The notes under the pieces were generated by a model, which searched no databases, was not told where the DNA came from, and saw only the letters and a list, made by a program, of their open reading frames with translations. The translations under genes were made by a program, and so were the position numbers. From a virus: 64,000 bases of DNA. The first letter of the stretch is position 1; every line of letters begins with the position of its first letter. This document shows positions 36,199-45,903 of the stretch, one piece after another. Location of the stretch: IMG/VR virus record IMGVR_UViG_3300035698_015907. One strand, written 5' to 3'.

Positions 36199-37905
36199 TT
36201 ATCCTATTGCTTTGCTTAGCGCTGCAAATACAGTATTGGCTGCAATTACTTGATAGAAAAGTATATCATTAGTACTTGAAGCGGTTGATAATAATGGTGT
36301 AATTCCATTAACAAATTTCCAATCTGAGTGGTATGCTAAAGTTCTACTTCCTACACCATCTTGAATTATTCTAATGAAACCTGCTTGTCCAACCTTCAAA
36401 CTTGTTGGCTCACCAAGAGTTCTGTTTCCTTCAAGTGTTAGCTTTCCATTTATGAATGAACTGAGATTTGCTGTAACTGTGGCAGCATCTGTTAGTGTTA
36501 CTTCAGTAATATCATTCCATACTGCTGAAGTAGTTACAGTTTTATTAGAATTTGCTGTCCTCAAATCGCCAGTAGCCATTCTAGAAGCAGCAAAACTGAC
36601 TACTCCAACAGCTAATGCGCCATCTGATCCAGTTATAATTTCTGTGTTAGTGCTAAAACGAGACGTACCAACAGCAGTAGTATTAGCTGCTGTAACTTGA
36701 GAACCAGTTATGCTTGTGATACTAGAACCGTTTCCTGATATAACACCAGAAGTAACAGTTAGATTATTTGCAATAGTTGCATTAGCATCTACTGTGAAAT
36801 TTGCATTAACAGTTGTATTACTTTTTGCTAAGAATAAAGCATTCGCAGTGATACCATTTGCAGAAATTATTAGTACGTCAGAAGCAGCATTAGAAGTATT
36901 TGCTGTTGACTTAAGTACTATTGAAGAACCGTGTCCTGTATTAGACCAATTCTGTGTAGCTCTAAATTCAATACTTACATCATCGACATTACTATATGTA
37001 TTTCCATCATAGCCTCGACCTGCAAACTTTGTTATAACATCGCCAGCTTGTAGAGTAGTCTTAGATGAATTAATACCATCTGATCTACGACCGATTATAC
37101 CTGAAGTATTTCCAAATGATGTTATATCAATGTATGTCGCAACACCATCAACTTGCGAAACTTTAAGTATTGTTCCAGCAGGAGATGTTGGTATAGAACC
37201 ACCATTTTTATTGATGATAACATTACCAGTAATTGTATCACCAGTTTTAGATACTTTTTCATCATCTAATTCTTCTAATGTAGTTTGAACATCAGTATTT
37301 GATAAATTACCAGCTGGTGTGAATGGTATAGATGCGGCCGCAAAAGTTCCACCAAATGAAACTATCGATTCCCATGCGCTATTAGCATATACTTCAAGAG
37401 TATTTGTTTCTTCATTGAATCTCATCAAACCATTTGCAACACCACTTGGTCTCTGACCCGTATTGCCTACTGGAAGTTTGAGAGATACACCATTGAAAAC
37501 TATATTAGCAGTAACGGTTGCAGTATTTCCTCCAACCGTTGTTAATATAGATGTTCCATCATTGCTTACTTTTAAACCTGTTACGGTAGAATTACCAACT
37601 GTAACATTTGCAGAATTTATATAAACATTCGATGAAACGTTAATCTGTGCACCGTTAGCTACAACATTTGATAATAGAGTAATATGTGCAGCCGTAGCTA
37701 CGGTTCCGCCTCTAATATTTGTAGCAACAACAGTAGTAGCACCGAAAATGCCATTTACAAAGCCATTTCCGGTTGTAATATCACCAGTTGTATTTGATGC
37801 TACTGTTGTGGTAACGAGGAAAGCATTAGCCATCTCATTAACGATGGTAAACACATCATCAAAATTATCATTAGACGTTTCTACCGCTGAGATGGTTTTA
37901 GCCAC
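36199..37905 (-). CDS. Tail fibre protein
   Basis: LP.GNT.QRP....G.+RFN......E.Y....W, V.K.GDT+TG motif and C-terminal adaptor domain. Confidence 0.75.
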   Translation of the reverse strand: MAKTISAVETSNDNFDDVFTIVNEMANAFLVTTTVASNTTGDITTGNGFVNGIFGATTVVATNIRGGTVATAAHITLLSNVVANGAQINVSSNVYINSANVTVGNSTVTGLKVSNDGTSILTTVGGNTATVTANIVFNGVSLKLPVGNTGQRPSGVANGLMRFNEETNTLEVYANSAWESIVSFGGTFAAASIPFTPAGNLSNTDVQTTLEELDDEKVSKTGDTITGNVIINKNGGSIPTSPAGTILKVSQVDGVATYIDITSFGNTSGIIGRRSDGINSSKTTLQAGDVITKFAGRGYDGNTYSNVDDVSIEFRATQNWSNTGHGSSIVLKSTANTSNAASDVLIISANGITANALFLAKSNTTVNANFTVDANATIANNLTVTSGVISGNGSSITSITGSQVTAANTTAVGTSRFSTNTEIITGSDGALAVGVVSFAASRMATGDLRTANSNKTVTTSAVWNDITEVTLTDAATVTANLSSFINGKLTLEGNRTLGEPTSLKVGQAGFIRIIQDGVGSRTLAYHSDWKFVNGITPLLSTASSTNDILFYQVIAANTVFAALSKAIG

Positions 37906-38104
37906 TCTGACCCCCTGTTATGAGCTGCTTCAAAAAATTAATTTCATCATGCAGCTTTTCATATTTTTTCTCAGTCTCTTCTGATTTCTTATATGCAGAG
38001 ACTTGAACTCTATAACTTCTCAGTTCAGATTCATTTGTATTTATCACCATGCCAGTTCTAGAATCAACAACATATCCTTGTTGATTCGTTTTCATCAGAC
38101 TCAT
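37898..38104 (-). CDS. Small conserved protein following VrlC-like genes
   Basis: D..TG.+INTN followed by a coiled coil ending EI..LKQL. Confidence 0.65.
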   Translation of the reverse strand: MSLMKTNQQGYVVDSRTGMVINTNESELRSYRVQVSAYKKSEETEKKYEKLHDEINFLKQLITGGQSG

Positions 38105-40872
38105 TAAGCTGTTACTCCAACAGCTCTAATGTTTTCAACTCGTGGAATAGTAAATTCACTATTAGATAGAAATACTAGTTTGACTGCGAAAGTATTATAG
38201 CCATCATATTCAGCCATAGAATCAGCATAATATCTTGCAACATTATCATTCTGCGGATTATTAAATATTTGATGCTTATAACCAAGAAGATCAACAGCCA
38301 TACCAGTTCCTACCATAGAACTGTTTGCAATGTTATTCTTTATAGTAAATTGAGTATTTGATACAATAGAATCTACTACATCAATATGATAATTATTAGG
38401 GAATAGTGGAGAATAAACTTTAACAAGATCACCAACACTTAATTCGCTATTATATAGAGTATTTGAACCATCAACATTTGGTGATGCTAGTTCAGTTGTA
38501 GATGAACCTGTAACTGTTAAGCTCGAATTTGGATATGATGGGAAACCGTATTCATATTCTACAACATCCAACTGATTAGCAGGTAAAGAGAAATGGTTAT
38601 TGCCATTCTTCATTTCTAGCAAAGTCCAATCTTTATCTACAAAAGCTTCTAAGTCTTTATCATTTCGACCCCTAACATAAACTTTAACATCAGTTCCTAT
38701 TGGCCTATATGCATCAATGAATACTCTTATATCTTCAGCAGTTCTATTATCACCGAAGTTTACAATTTTAGAAATATGCTTAGAAAGAGCTTTACCATTT
38801 CCAGTGTGTTCGTCAGTATAGTCATTGTTTATTGAGAACTTCTCATAAAACACATCAATTTCAGATGAAATAATATCAGTTACTACGAAATCATTATTTG
38901 AAGTTGTAACCATTTCAATTACTGATGATACATTAGTGTTAACACTTGTACCTGTTACAGAATTTAATGTTGTATTTGCTTGTGTAACTTCATATGATCT
39001 TGAAAGAATGATAGGTGTATTAGCAACCTGAAGTTGATGTCTATCTAGAAGATTAATTAATTTAGTGTACTTGCTGCTATTAACATCATTTCTTATAACA
39101 CCAACAACAGCACTTAAAGATCCACCAGTACCACCAGAAGTAGTAATACCAACAGCTGTACCATCAGTATATCCACTTCCACTTGTTACCATATTAATAT
39201 CTACTATTTTTCCAGCAGAATCAGTAACTATACGACCCGCAGCTCCAGAACCAGTACCAGTGAATGTTACTGCATCATTATTAGCATAACCAGTTCCACC
39301 TAGAATAATTCCTACGTCCGCTACACCATCATCTGTAGAATAATACATGTAATGCATCTTCATATAGTAGCTTGTACCATATGGATTCTCAAGATCGATA
39401 GCCCCTGCGAACATCGAATTTACAGGAATGTTTATAATTTCTGTATTAGATAGAACTGCATTAGAATGTTCAGTGCGCAATGTAGCTCCTACTGAAGGAG
39501 TTAGATTAGCATTAGCGCCAGCAGAAGATACTGCATTAGCATTCAATATTATGAAATCAGGTATATCGGTATATCCTATTCCCATGTTGCTAAGAGTATA
39601 AGTCAGTATTGTTCCATTAGCATCTGTTATAACGTTAGCGGTAGCATTAATTTCTGGTGCTCCAACTCCGTTATTAGCAAATACTATATAATCAGAATTT
39701 GCATAACCAGTTCCGCCATCATTTATTGTTACAGACTCAATCATGTTATTAACAAAACGAAGACTTGAGTTTGCATTGGAATGTGATATTGCTATAGCAT
39801 CTTCTAACTTACCAAAAGCTGCAATCTTAGCAGACATATCGATTTTACCAACGGCTACTTTAGAGAATGTAGCAGCAGCATTAGTAAATGTTAGAGGTAT
39901 ATCAACAGTTATTGAATTGTTTGAATCTATAGACTCAACTTTTCTTAGATTTTTATTGATGCCAGAATACACAACTATGTATCTATCATTAGATGGATTA
40001 CCTAATATAGTAGTAAAATTAGCATTTGTTGATGTTATTTGTGTTAAGCCTGTAGCAACACTTACTGTTTCAGAACGCAACACATTATTCTGATAAATTA
40101 ATTCTCCACCTTTGAGTGAATTAGAATTATTAGAATTTAAGGCATTAAATACAGCAAATTCATAAGGCTTCTTATACAAGAAATAAGAACGTTTTGCTAC
40201 AACTTGTGTTATAGTATCGCCAGTCAAAGGATCAACTGTTGATGTATTAGCATATACATCAGGAGTATATTTTGCACAATAAATTTTAAATTTCAAATCT
40301 GTAGTATTAAGAGGTTTCCAATTACCTATAACACCATCAGCATTAGTTGAAGTGGAATTGTTATTTCCCTGATTGCTGTTAACATGTGAATATTCAAAAT
40401 ACTTACCAACATATTTTCCAGAAGGACCAGCTGTAGTATTATTAGTACCTACAACAAGATCACCTTCTACAGCTTTCCATAAATCGTATGCTGCTTCACC
40501 ATCATACTTAACAATTATAGCATAGCCTTTTCCTGTTTTTACGTTAGCAGGATACGCTATATTGAAGCTTGTAGCTGTGGTAGCATCATTAGAAGTCGTA
40601 ATGTCATCCCATGTTTTTCTGATATGGGCATTTTTTATCATTCTAGTAATATCAGGAACTTCTTCAAAACCTATTGTTTTGAGTTCACATAAAAACACAT
40701 CAACACCAGGCTTATAAATTCCTGAGCTGTTATTATTTGCTTCTGGCTTGTCTTTGAAGTATAAATCTATTTTTGTAATAGAAACTTCAGGAGCATTTTT
40801 AACTGTACCAGGATCAACATAAAATGTAGAAGCACAGTTGAATGCTGGAATTGGATTGATCGTTGTTGTCAT
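38104..40872 (-). CDS. Virion structural protein (C-terminal part of the DUF4815/VrlC-like family)
   Basis: +TK+DLYFK.K, DLKF.+Y.A, +SK.V......AED+RV+..AYRP..T and P.+.N+RA+. Start moved to MTTTIN (40872). Confidence 0.7.
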   Translation of the reverse strand: MTTTINPIPAFNCASTFYVDPGTVKNAPEVSITKIDLYFKDKPEANNNSSGIYKPGVDVFLCELKTIGFEEVPDITRMIKNAHIRKTWDDITTSNDATTATSFNIAYPANVKTGKGYAIIVKYDGEAAYDLWKAVEGDLVVGTNNTTAGPSGKYVGKYFEYSHVNSNQGNNNSTSTNADGVIGNWKPLNTTDLKFKIYCAKYTPDVYANTSTVDPLTGDTITQVVAKRSYFLYKKPYEFAVFNALNSNNSNSLKGGELIYQNNVLRSETVSVATGLTQITSTNANFTTILGNPSNDRYIVVYSGINKNLRKVESIDSNNSITVDIPLTFTNAAATFSKVAVGKIDMSAKIAAFGKLEDAIAISHSNANSSLRFVNNMIESVTINDGGTGYANSDYIVFANNGVGAPEINATANVITDANGTILTYTLSNMGIGYTDIPDFIILNANAVSSAGANANLTPSVGATLRTEHSNAVLSNTEIINIPVNSMFAGAIDLENPYGTSYYMKMHYMYYSTDDGVADVGIILGGTGYANNDAVTFTGTGSGAAGRIVTDSAGKIVDINMVTSGSGYTDGTAVGITTSGGTGGSLSAVVGVIRNDVNSSKYTKLINLLDRHQLQVANTPIILSRSYEVTQANTTLNSVTGTSVNTNVSSVIEMVTTSNNDFVVTDIISSEIDVFYEKFSINNDYTDEHTGNGKALSKHISKIVNFGDNRTAEDIRVFIDAYRPIGTDVKVYVRGRNDKDLEAFVDKDWTLLEMKNGNNHFSLPANQLDVVEYEYGFPSYPNSSLTVTGSSTTELASPNVDGSNTLYNSELSVGDLVKVYSPLFPNNYHIDVVDSIVSNTQFTIKNNIANSSMVGTGMAVDLLGYKHQIFNNPQNDNVARYYADSMAEYDGYNTFAVKLVFLSNSEFTIPRVENIRAVGVTA

Positions 40873-40874
40873 CT

Positions 40875-41396
40875 TTAGGTTGCAGTTCCCTTGGATTCTA
40901 TATAATTCTGAGCCCATGAAGTTCCATCAGCAGATGATACTTTAAATAATTGCGGGCCTACTGGTATTATAGCTATATTCTTATTTATGCCAGTTGCAAA
41001 GCGTGTTTCATATGGAGAATTATCAGGTTTAAAATGATAATGAAATACCATAGTGCCTTGAGAATTTGTTATAAGAGGATCGCCATATGTGTGCGTTGCA
41101 TTGTATGTTCCATTTGAAACCAAAGGAGCACAATCTTCATTTACATCAGTAGTAAGCAAAAACGCAGAATGCTGAGTATTAGGTTTTAATCCCCAGCATG
41201 TTACAGTAAATACATAATCAGAAACACCTATTGCTGTTTCAGGTTCTTTTGGATTCTTCTTGCTAGAACTGCTACTTTTAGAAGGTTCATTACTTAAAAC
41301 TCTGTTGTAGATATCGCCGTCATAGCGACCAACATAATTGTAATGCTGCCAATTATCTGGATATGCAGCACTATAAGGAGCGGTTGTTGTAGCCAT
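40875..41396 (-). CDS. Virion structural protein (middle segment of the DUF4815/VrlC-like family)
   Basis: GLKPNT.H..F, L.T+..G...F and G...F.+ motifs. Confidence 0.55.
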   Translation of the reverse strand: MATTTAPYSAAYPDNWQHYNYVGRYDGDIYNRVLSNEPSKSSSSSKKNPKEPETAIGVSDYVFTVTCWGLKPNTQHSAFLLTTDVNEDCAPLVSNGTYNATHTYGDPLITNSQGTMVFHYHFKPDNSPYETRFATGINKNIAIIPVGPQLFKVSSADGTSWAQNYIESKGTAT

Positions 41397-44300
41397 TATT
41401 TAGCTCCTCTTATTTTTCCAGCAACATAGCAAAGTGGTTCTAGAATTAATCTATAAATTCTTCCTTCTAAGTCCATTTTTCCTTTTTTCATTTTCCAAAG
41501 ATCTGATGTTCTTTTTCTAGCAATTCTCTCACCAACAGTTCTTATCATCTTTACATGAATGCTATCTTTAGCATCTGACCTATAAACATAGTCAACTAGT
41601 GGTAAGAATACAGCATGATAACCTGCTTCATGTTCTGGTTTCATATATTTAGCAGAATGTTCTAGCCAAATAGAATTTCTGAAACTACCAAACCCGTATG
41701 ATTCATTCATAGCAGTACATACAATTTTATTACTACCTTTATTATAATTGTTATTATTTTTATTACTTTCTTCTTTTACTTTATAAGTTTGACTCTTGAA
41801 GTGATCAGGAGCAACAATAAGCATTCCAAAATAATCATTAGTTGGTGGCGGTGGCGGTGGTACAACTTCAGCCGGTTCTGTTGCTAAATTCTGTGAAACA
41901 AGTTCAATAGAAGTATATGGTGAAGAAGTAGCATCGCCCTCATGAACAACGTTGAATGATACAATAGCAGGAATTGCAAAACTTTGCAATAGAGAAGCAT
42001 TGTATTCAGGACTTTTAAGTTCTGTATTATCTTTATTATCATAATCATCAACGAAGAAACCATATTTGAATCTGTCAATGCTTGGTGATACAGAGCTTGG
42101 AATTATACGATCTTTTAGAGAAGTTTCTACCGCTGTAAGACCGATATAATATTCAATATCAGAAATTCTTCTTTCTAGCGCGCCAATATCATATTCAGTA
42201 TAAGCTTTTGGCTGTTCTCTATCTAAATCTTCGTTGTTGAACAGAGAACGTATCTTTTTGCCTTCTACTCTTCTTGTGTTGTACTTATTGCTTCCAACAT
42301 TAGTGTAGATTACATCAAAGACAGCATTAGAAACTCTCTCAGGGAGCGCTGGATAAGAAGGTATTAATATATCATTAAGCTTCATAGTTCCAGTTGGAAC
42401 TCTTGGGCTAGTATATTCTCCCGGAGTTCCATTAATAACATTGAATTTCCCATTCTTATCAATAGTAATACTGTCAATTCTTGGTAAGAAATATTCAATA
42501 TCATGTGTGTATATTGAATCAGGAACTGGAAAATATCTATCAGTAGCAGAAAATGCAACAGTGTTAGCTGGATTTATTGTGACTTCTGCAGTATTAGAAG
42601 TTATATTAGCAGTTGCTGCAACATATGGTCTAAAATCAACTGAGCTGATTAAATCATAATACAAGCCTTTGTCATCAAATATTTCTGGTACTTCAAAAGT
42701 ATTAATTGTAGAACTTAAATCTGCAAGAGCTTTAGAATCTTCTGTATATCTAGTAGCTTTATTAGATGATACATACGATGCAACCGTATAGAAACCAGGT
42801 GATGCAGTAAATGCATCATATTCTACTAATAGATAATCATCATCAGTAAGAAGAGTACTTGAGAGATTCTTCTTGTACAAATAACCTAGATTGTAATAAT
42901 TTGACGTCTGATTATGATCAATAAAGAATTCATCAGTAACAGTTGAGCTTGCAGTATCTACAGAAGAATTACCTTTGTAAACTGCACGCAGTCTGAATAT
43001 GTCTGGAATACCTAAACACCAAGGACCTATAGTACTTGAGTTATTGTTAGCTAACCTAATCTTAACCAATTGATTTCTATTAGGAGTTTTTGCCGTTGGC
43101 GTAGGATCTGCAACACTTACATTATAAGACACAATAACGTCAGTATTAGATGCAGTACTTAAACTTTCACCTAAGTTGATATTCAAAACTGCATCTGAAG
43201 AAGCAGTATTAACTACATAATTAGAATTGTATGATAGCTGAATTGGAACATTCCCCGGCCAGGCTAGTTTAGCATCTATACCAGCTTGGGTGAAATTAGA
43301 ATTAGCATCTATAGTTAGAAGACTATTGTTTGTTACTGATACAACTCTTCTAATATCATTATTAGAAGCACCACCATATAGATTGATGTATTGACCAGTC
43401 TTAATTTCAGAAAGGAATGTAGTACCAACACCAGTAACGTTAGCACTTGTTGTTGCAACATTTACTGTTCCGGTTAGATTTGCTTGAGCATATATGTTAG
43501 CAGCTGGCGCAAGAAATATTTCTAACTTCTGAGAATCAGAAAGTGTTCCAGTATAAGGGAATGTCTTATTTGGATCACCAACAAGTGATATTGTAACAAT
43601 ACCAGTATTTGCTATTTCTTGAGTATCATCAGTAGTCTTATATTCATACGTGATATTGTTTGAATTTAAGGGAGACTGGAAACCCGCATAAAATATAAGT
43701 GAATTATTTCTAGCAACTATTGATGATACTACAGCAGATGTAGTTGGATCAATTCCTGTAACAGTATCTGCGATACCATCGAAATTGCTGCCAGTCTGGT
43801 GTATTGCTCTAACATTTCTGAAGTTTGCACCAGAATTCATATTAACATCAAATAGATATAATCTGTAGACTGCTTCTGGTGTTCCAGGAGTACCTTGTTC
43901 TAATGCTAGATTTCTTATTCTAGCTTCACCAATTTTTGTACCAGACGGATTAGTGTTAGCATCTGCAATATTATCATTGTTGCTGAGAAATGCTTTTTGT
44001 GTATCGTATAGGTCTACAGTAGCAGCTTGATCGAATTCAAACATTCCACCAAGTTCATTAATACGAACATAGTTCTCATAATTTAGCGAAACTCTAGCAG
44101 AAGGTTCAATACGAGTTTCGAGAGCTTTGTCGCTAGTCTCTGAATAATTAGTTAAAGTTTGAACTTTACGACCATCAATATAAGCACTTCCCGGATCAAT
44201 TACTATATTGATAGTATTAGCAGATAGTGCAGAATTGCTTGGTGACGTAGTTGTTACCATAAATCGGTCAGTAGAAAAATCACCATGACCATCAGTAATA

Positions 44301-45892
44301 CCTTCAGCAATATGATCGCCTAGTACATTGTAGAAAGTTCTAGAATTCTGTTTATATGGATAACCATTTGACCATTCAACTATATTGAAGAATTCACTAT
44401 TAGCAGAAACAGTAGATATTGAGTTAACTACTAGATTAGCAGTTAACTTTATTCTATCAGCACCAGGAGCTGCAAAATTAGAAGATCCTGTAGCATTATC
44501 AAGCAGTGTAGTATCAATAGAAGAAGTTATGACTTCTTCGTTAGTAACAAAACCAACAGTTACAGAATCTGGAGATCTAGAATATTTGTCAACAATAATT
44601 ATCTGAGGATCAACTTTTATGAAATAACCCTTTTGATAGATAACACCTTCAGTAATACCAAAAGCATAACCTTCTCCTACTGAACCAGAAAGAGAAGAAA
44701 CTGTTATTTGAGAATGAAAATTCTTTGCTACAAGAGAAGCTGAAGTACCAGAAGTAGTTTTTACAGAAGATCTAGGAACCCTGTAATATCCAGTACCTTG
44801 GTTAGTAACCGAAATTCTTGAAATTCTTCCTGCAGAATCTGTTGTTACACTAGCAGCAGCATTCTGTCCAATATTTTCAACGATTTCAAATACACCAGAT
44901 GCAGTATTACTAACTACAGTATTACCAACTGTAAATGACCAATTCAATGAGTTAGCTGAAGTATTTGCAAGGTCAGCAGTAGTTGGTCTATATGTTACAT
45001 AAACATATGAATCCGTAGTATTTGCGTATGTAGCAGCTCCATTGGTGAATGAAATATTAGATGTTAAATTCATGAAGATATTATTTGTAACAGCATTAAT
45101 CTTCATCAAATCGTATGATGTAGAATTAGAATATATTGCTACATAATCGCCATTCGTAAAATCTGTTAGAAACGACGTAGATGTACCTTCAACATTAGAA
45201 GCAGATGAAACAGAAACAGAACCAGGAAGCATATTCCTAGGTAGTCTCGATGTTTGATCTTCTACGGCAGTAACAACTCCGTTAGCTCCAGATATAGAAT
45301 CTGTTAAATTGTCACCTACTGAAACAGATCCAGAATTTACATTCACTAATAGTTGTGGTGTAAGAACAACAACATCTGAATTAGTATATCCTGTACCAGA
45401 AGCAGATATTGTTAAGCTATGAATAGAATTATTTGAATCATACGCTGTTAGAACTTGACCCGCAGAAAACTTAGTTTCAGAATATGAATTTCCAGAACTT
45501 GTGTATTTTAGATATATGGTTTTAAGATCTGGATCGGTTGATTCAAAACCATCTTTGTAATTCATAACATACGCGGTTAAACCAGATTCATTTTTAACAA
45601 ACAAACCTTCATAATCTTCCGGGATAACATTCTGTCCTGCAACAGTAACATCTCGAATTTTAGCATATGGGTATCTGTTATAGAAGATGAAATTAACACC
45701 GTCTATAATAGTACCGCGCTTGAAAATATTATTTCCAAAACGTTCTATCTGTGTTTGGAACATAGTCTGGAGCTGGTTAAGCTCCCTTGTCTGCACAGCA
45801 ATACTAGGCTTAAAGCCTATTTTATAGAATTTTTTAGATTCGTCGTAATCATCATGATATGGTGATACGGAGATGTCTGTTTCTAGTGGCAA
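41396..45892 (-). CDS. DUF4815/VrlC-like baseplate-associated structural protein
   Basis: SPY.DDY...K.FY+I.FKP...VQ.RELNQLQ, APGADR.K, LERRI..+EYY..L and RFK.GFFVD. Confidence 0.85.
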   Translation of the reverse strand: MPLETDISVSPYHDDYDESKKFYKIGFKPSIAVQTRELNQLQTMFQTQIERFGNNIFKRGTIIDGVNFIFYNRYPYAKIRDVTVAGQNVIPEDYEGLFVKNESGLTAYVMNYKDGFESTDPDLKTIYLKYTSSGNSYSETKFSAGQVLTAYDSNNSIHSLTISASGTGYTNSDVVVLTPQLLVNVNSGSVSVGDNLTDSISGANGVVTAVEDQTSRLPRNMLPGSVSVSSASNVEGTSTSFLTDFTNGDYVAIYSNSTSYDLMKINAVTNNIFMNLTSNISFTNGAATYANTTDSYVYVTYRPTTADLANTSANSLNWSFTVGNTVVSNTASGVFEIVENIGQNAAASVTTDSAGRISRISVTNQGTGYYRVPRSSVKTTSGTSASLVAKNFHSQITVSSLSGSVGEGYAFGITEGVIYQKGYFIKVDPQIIIVDKYSRSPDSVTVGFVTNEEVITSSIDTTLLDNATGSSNFAAPGADRIKLTANLVVNSISTVSANSEFFNIVEWSNGYPYKQNSRTFYNVLGDHIAEGITDGHGDFSTDRFMVTTTSPSNSALSANTINIVIDPGSAYIDGRKVQTLTNYSETSDKALETRIEPSARVSLNYENYVRINELGGMFEFDQAATVDLYDTQKAFLSNNDNIADANTNPSGTKIGEARIRNLALEQGTPGTPEAVYRLYLFDVNMNSGANFRNVRAIHQTGSNFDGIADTVTGIDPTTSAVVSSIVARNNSLIFYAGFQSPLNSNNITYEYKTTDDTQEIANTGIVTISLVGDPNKTFPYTGTLSDSQKLEIFLAPAANIYAQANLTGTVNVATTSANVTGVGTTFLSEIKTGQYINLYGGASNNDIRRVVSVTNNSLLTIDANSNFTQAGIDAKLAWPGNVPIQLSYNSNYVVNTASSDAVLNINLGESLSTASNTDVIVSYNVSVADPTPTAKTPNRNQLVKIRLANNNSSTIGPWCLGIPDIFRLRAVYKGNSSVDTASSTVTDEFFIDHNQTSNYYNLGYLYKKNLSSTLLTDDDYLLVEYDAFTASPGFYTVASYVSSNKATRYTEDSKALADLSSTINTFEVPEIFDDKGLYYDLISSVDFRPYVAATANITSNTAEVTINPANTVAFSATDRYFPVPDSIYTHDIEYFLPRIDSITIDKNGKFNVINGTPGEYTSPRVPTGTMKLNDILIPSYPALPERVSNAVFDVIYTNVGSNKYNTRRVEGKKIRSLFNNEDLDREQPKAYTEYDIGALERRISDIEYYIGLTAVETSLKDRIIPSSVSPSIDRFKYGFFVDDYDNKDNTELKSPEYNASLLQSFAIPAIVSFNVVHEGDATSSPYTSIELVSQNLATEPAEVVPPPPPPTNDYFGMLIVAPDHFKSQTYKVKEESNKNNNNYNKGSNKIVCTAMNESYGFGSFRNSIWLEHSAKYMKPEHEAGYHAVFLPLVDYVYRSDAKDSIHVKMIRTVGERIARKRTSDLWKMKKGKMDLEGRIYRLILEPLCYVAGKIRGAK

Positions 45893-45903
45893 ATCAGTTT
45901 ATC

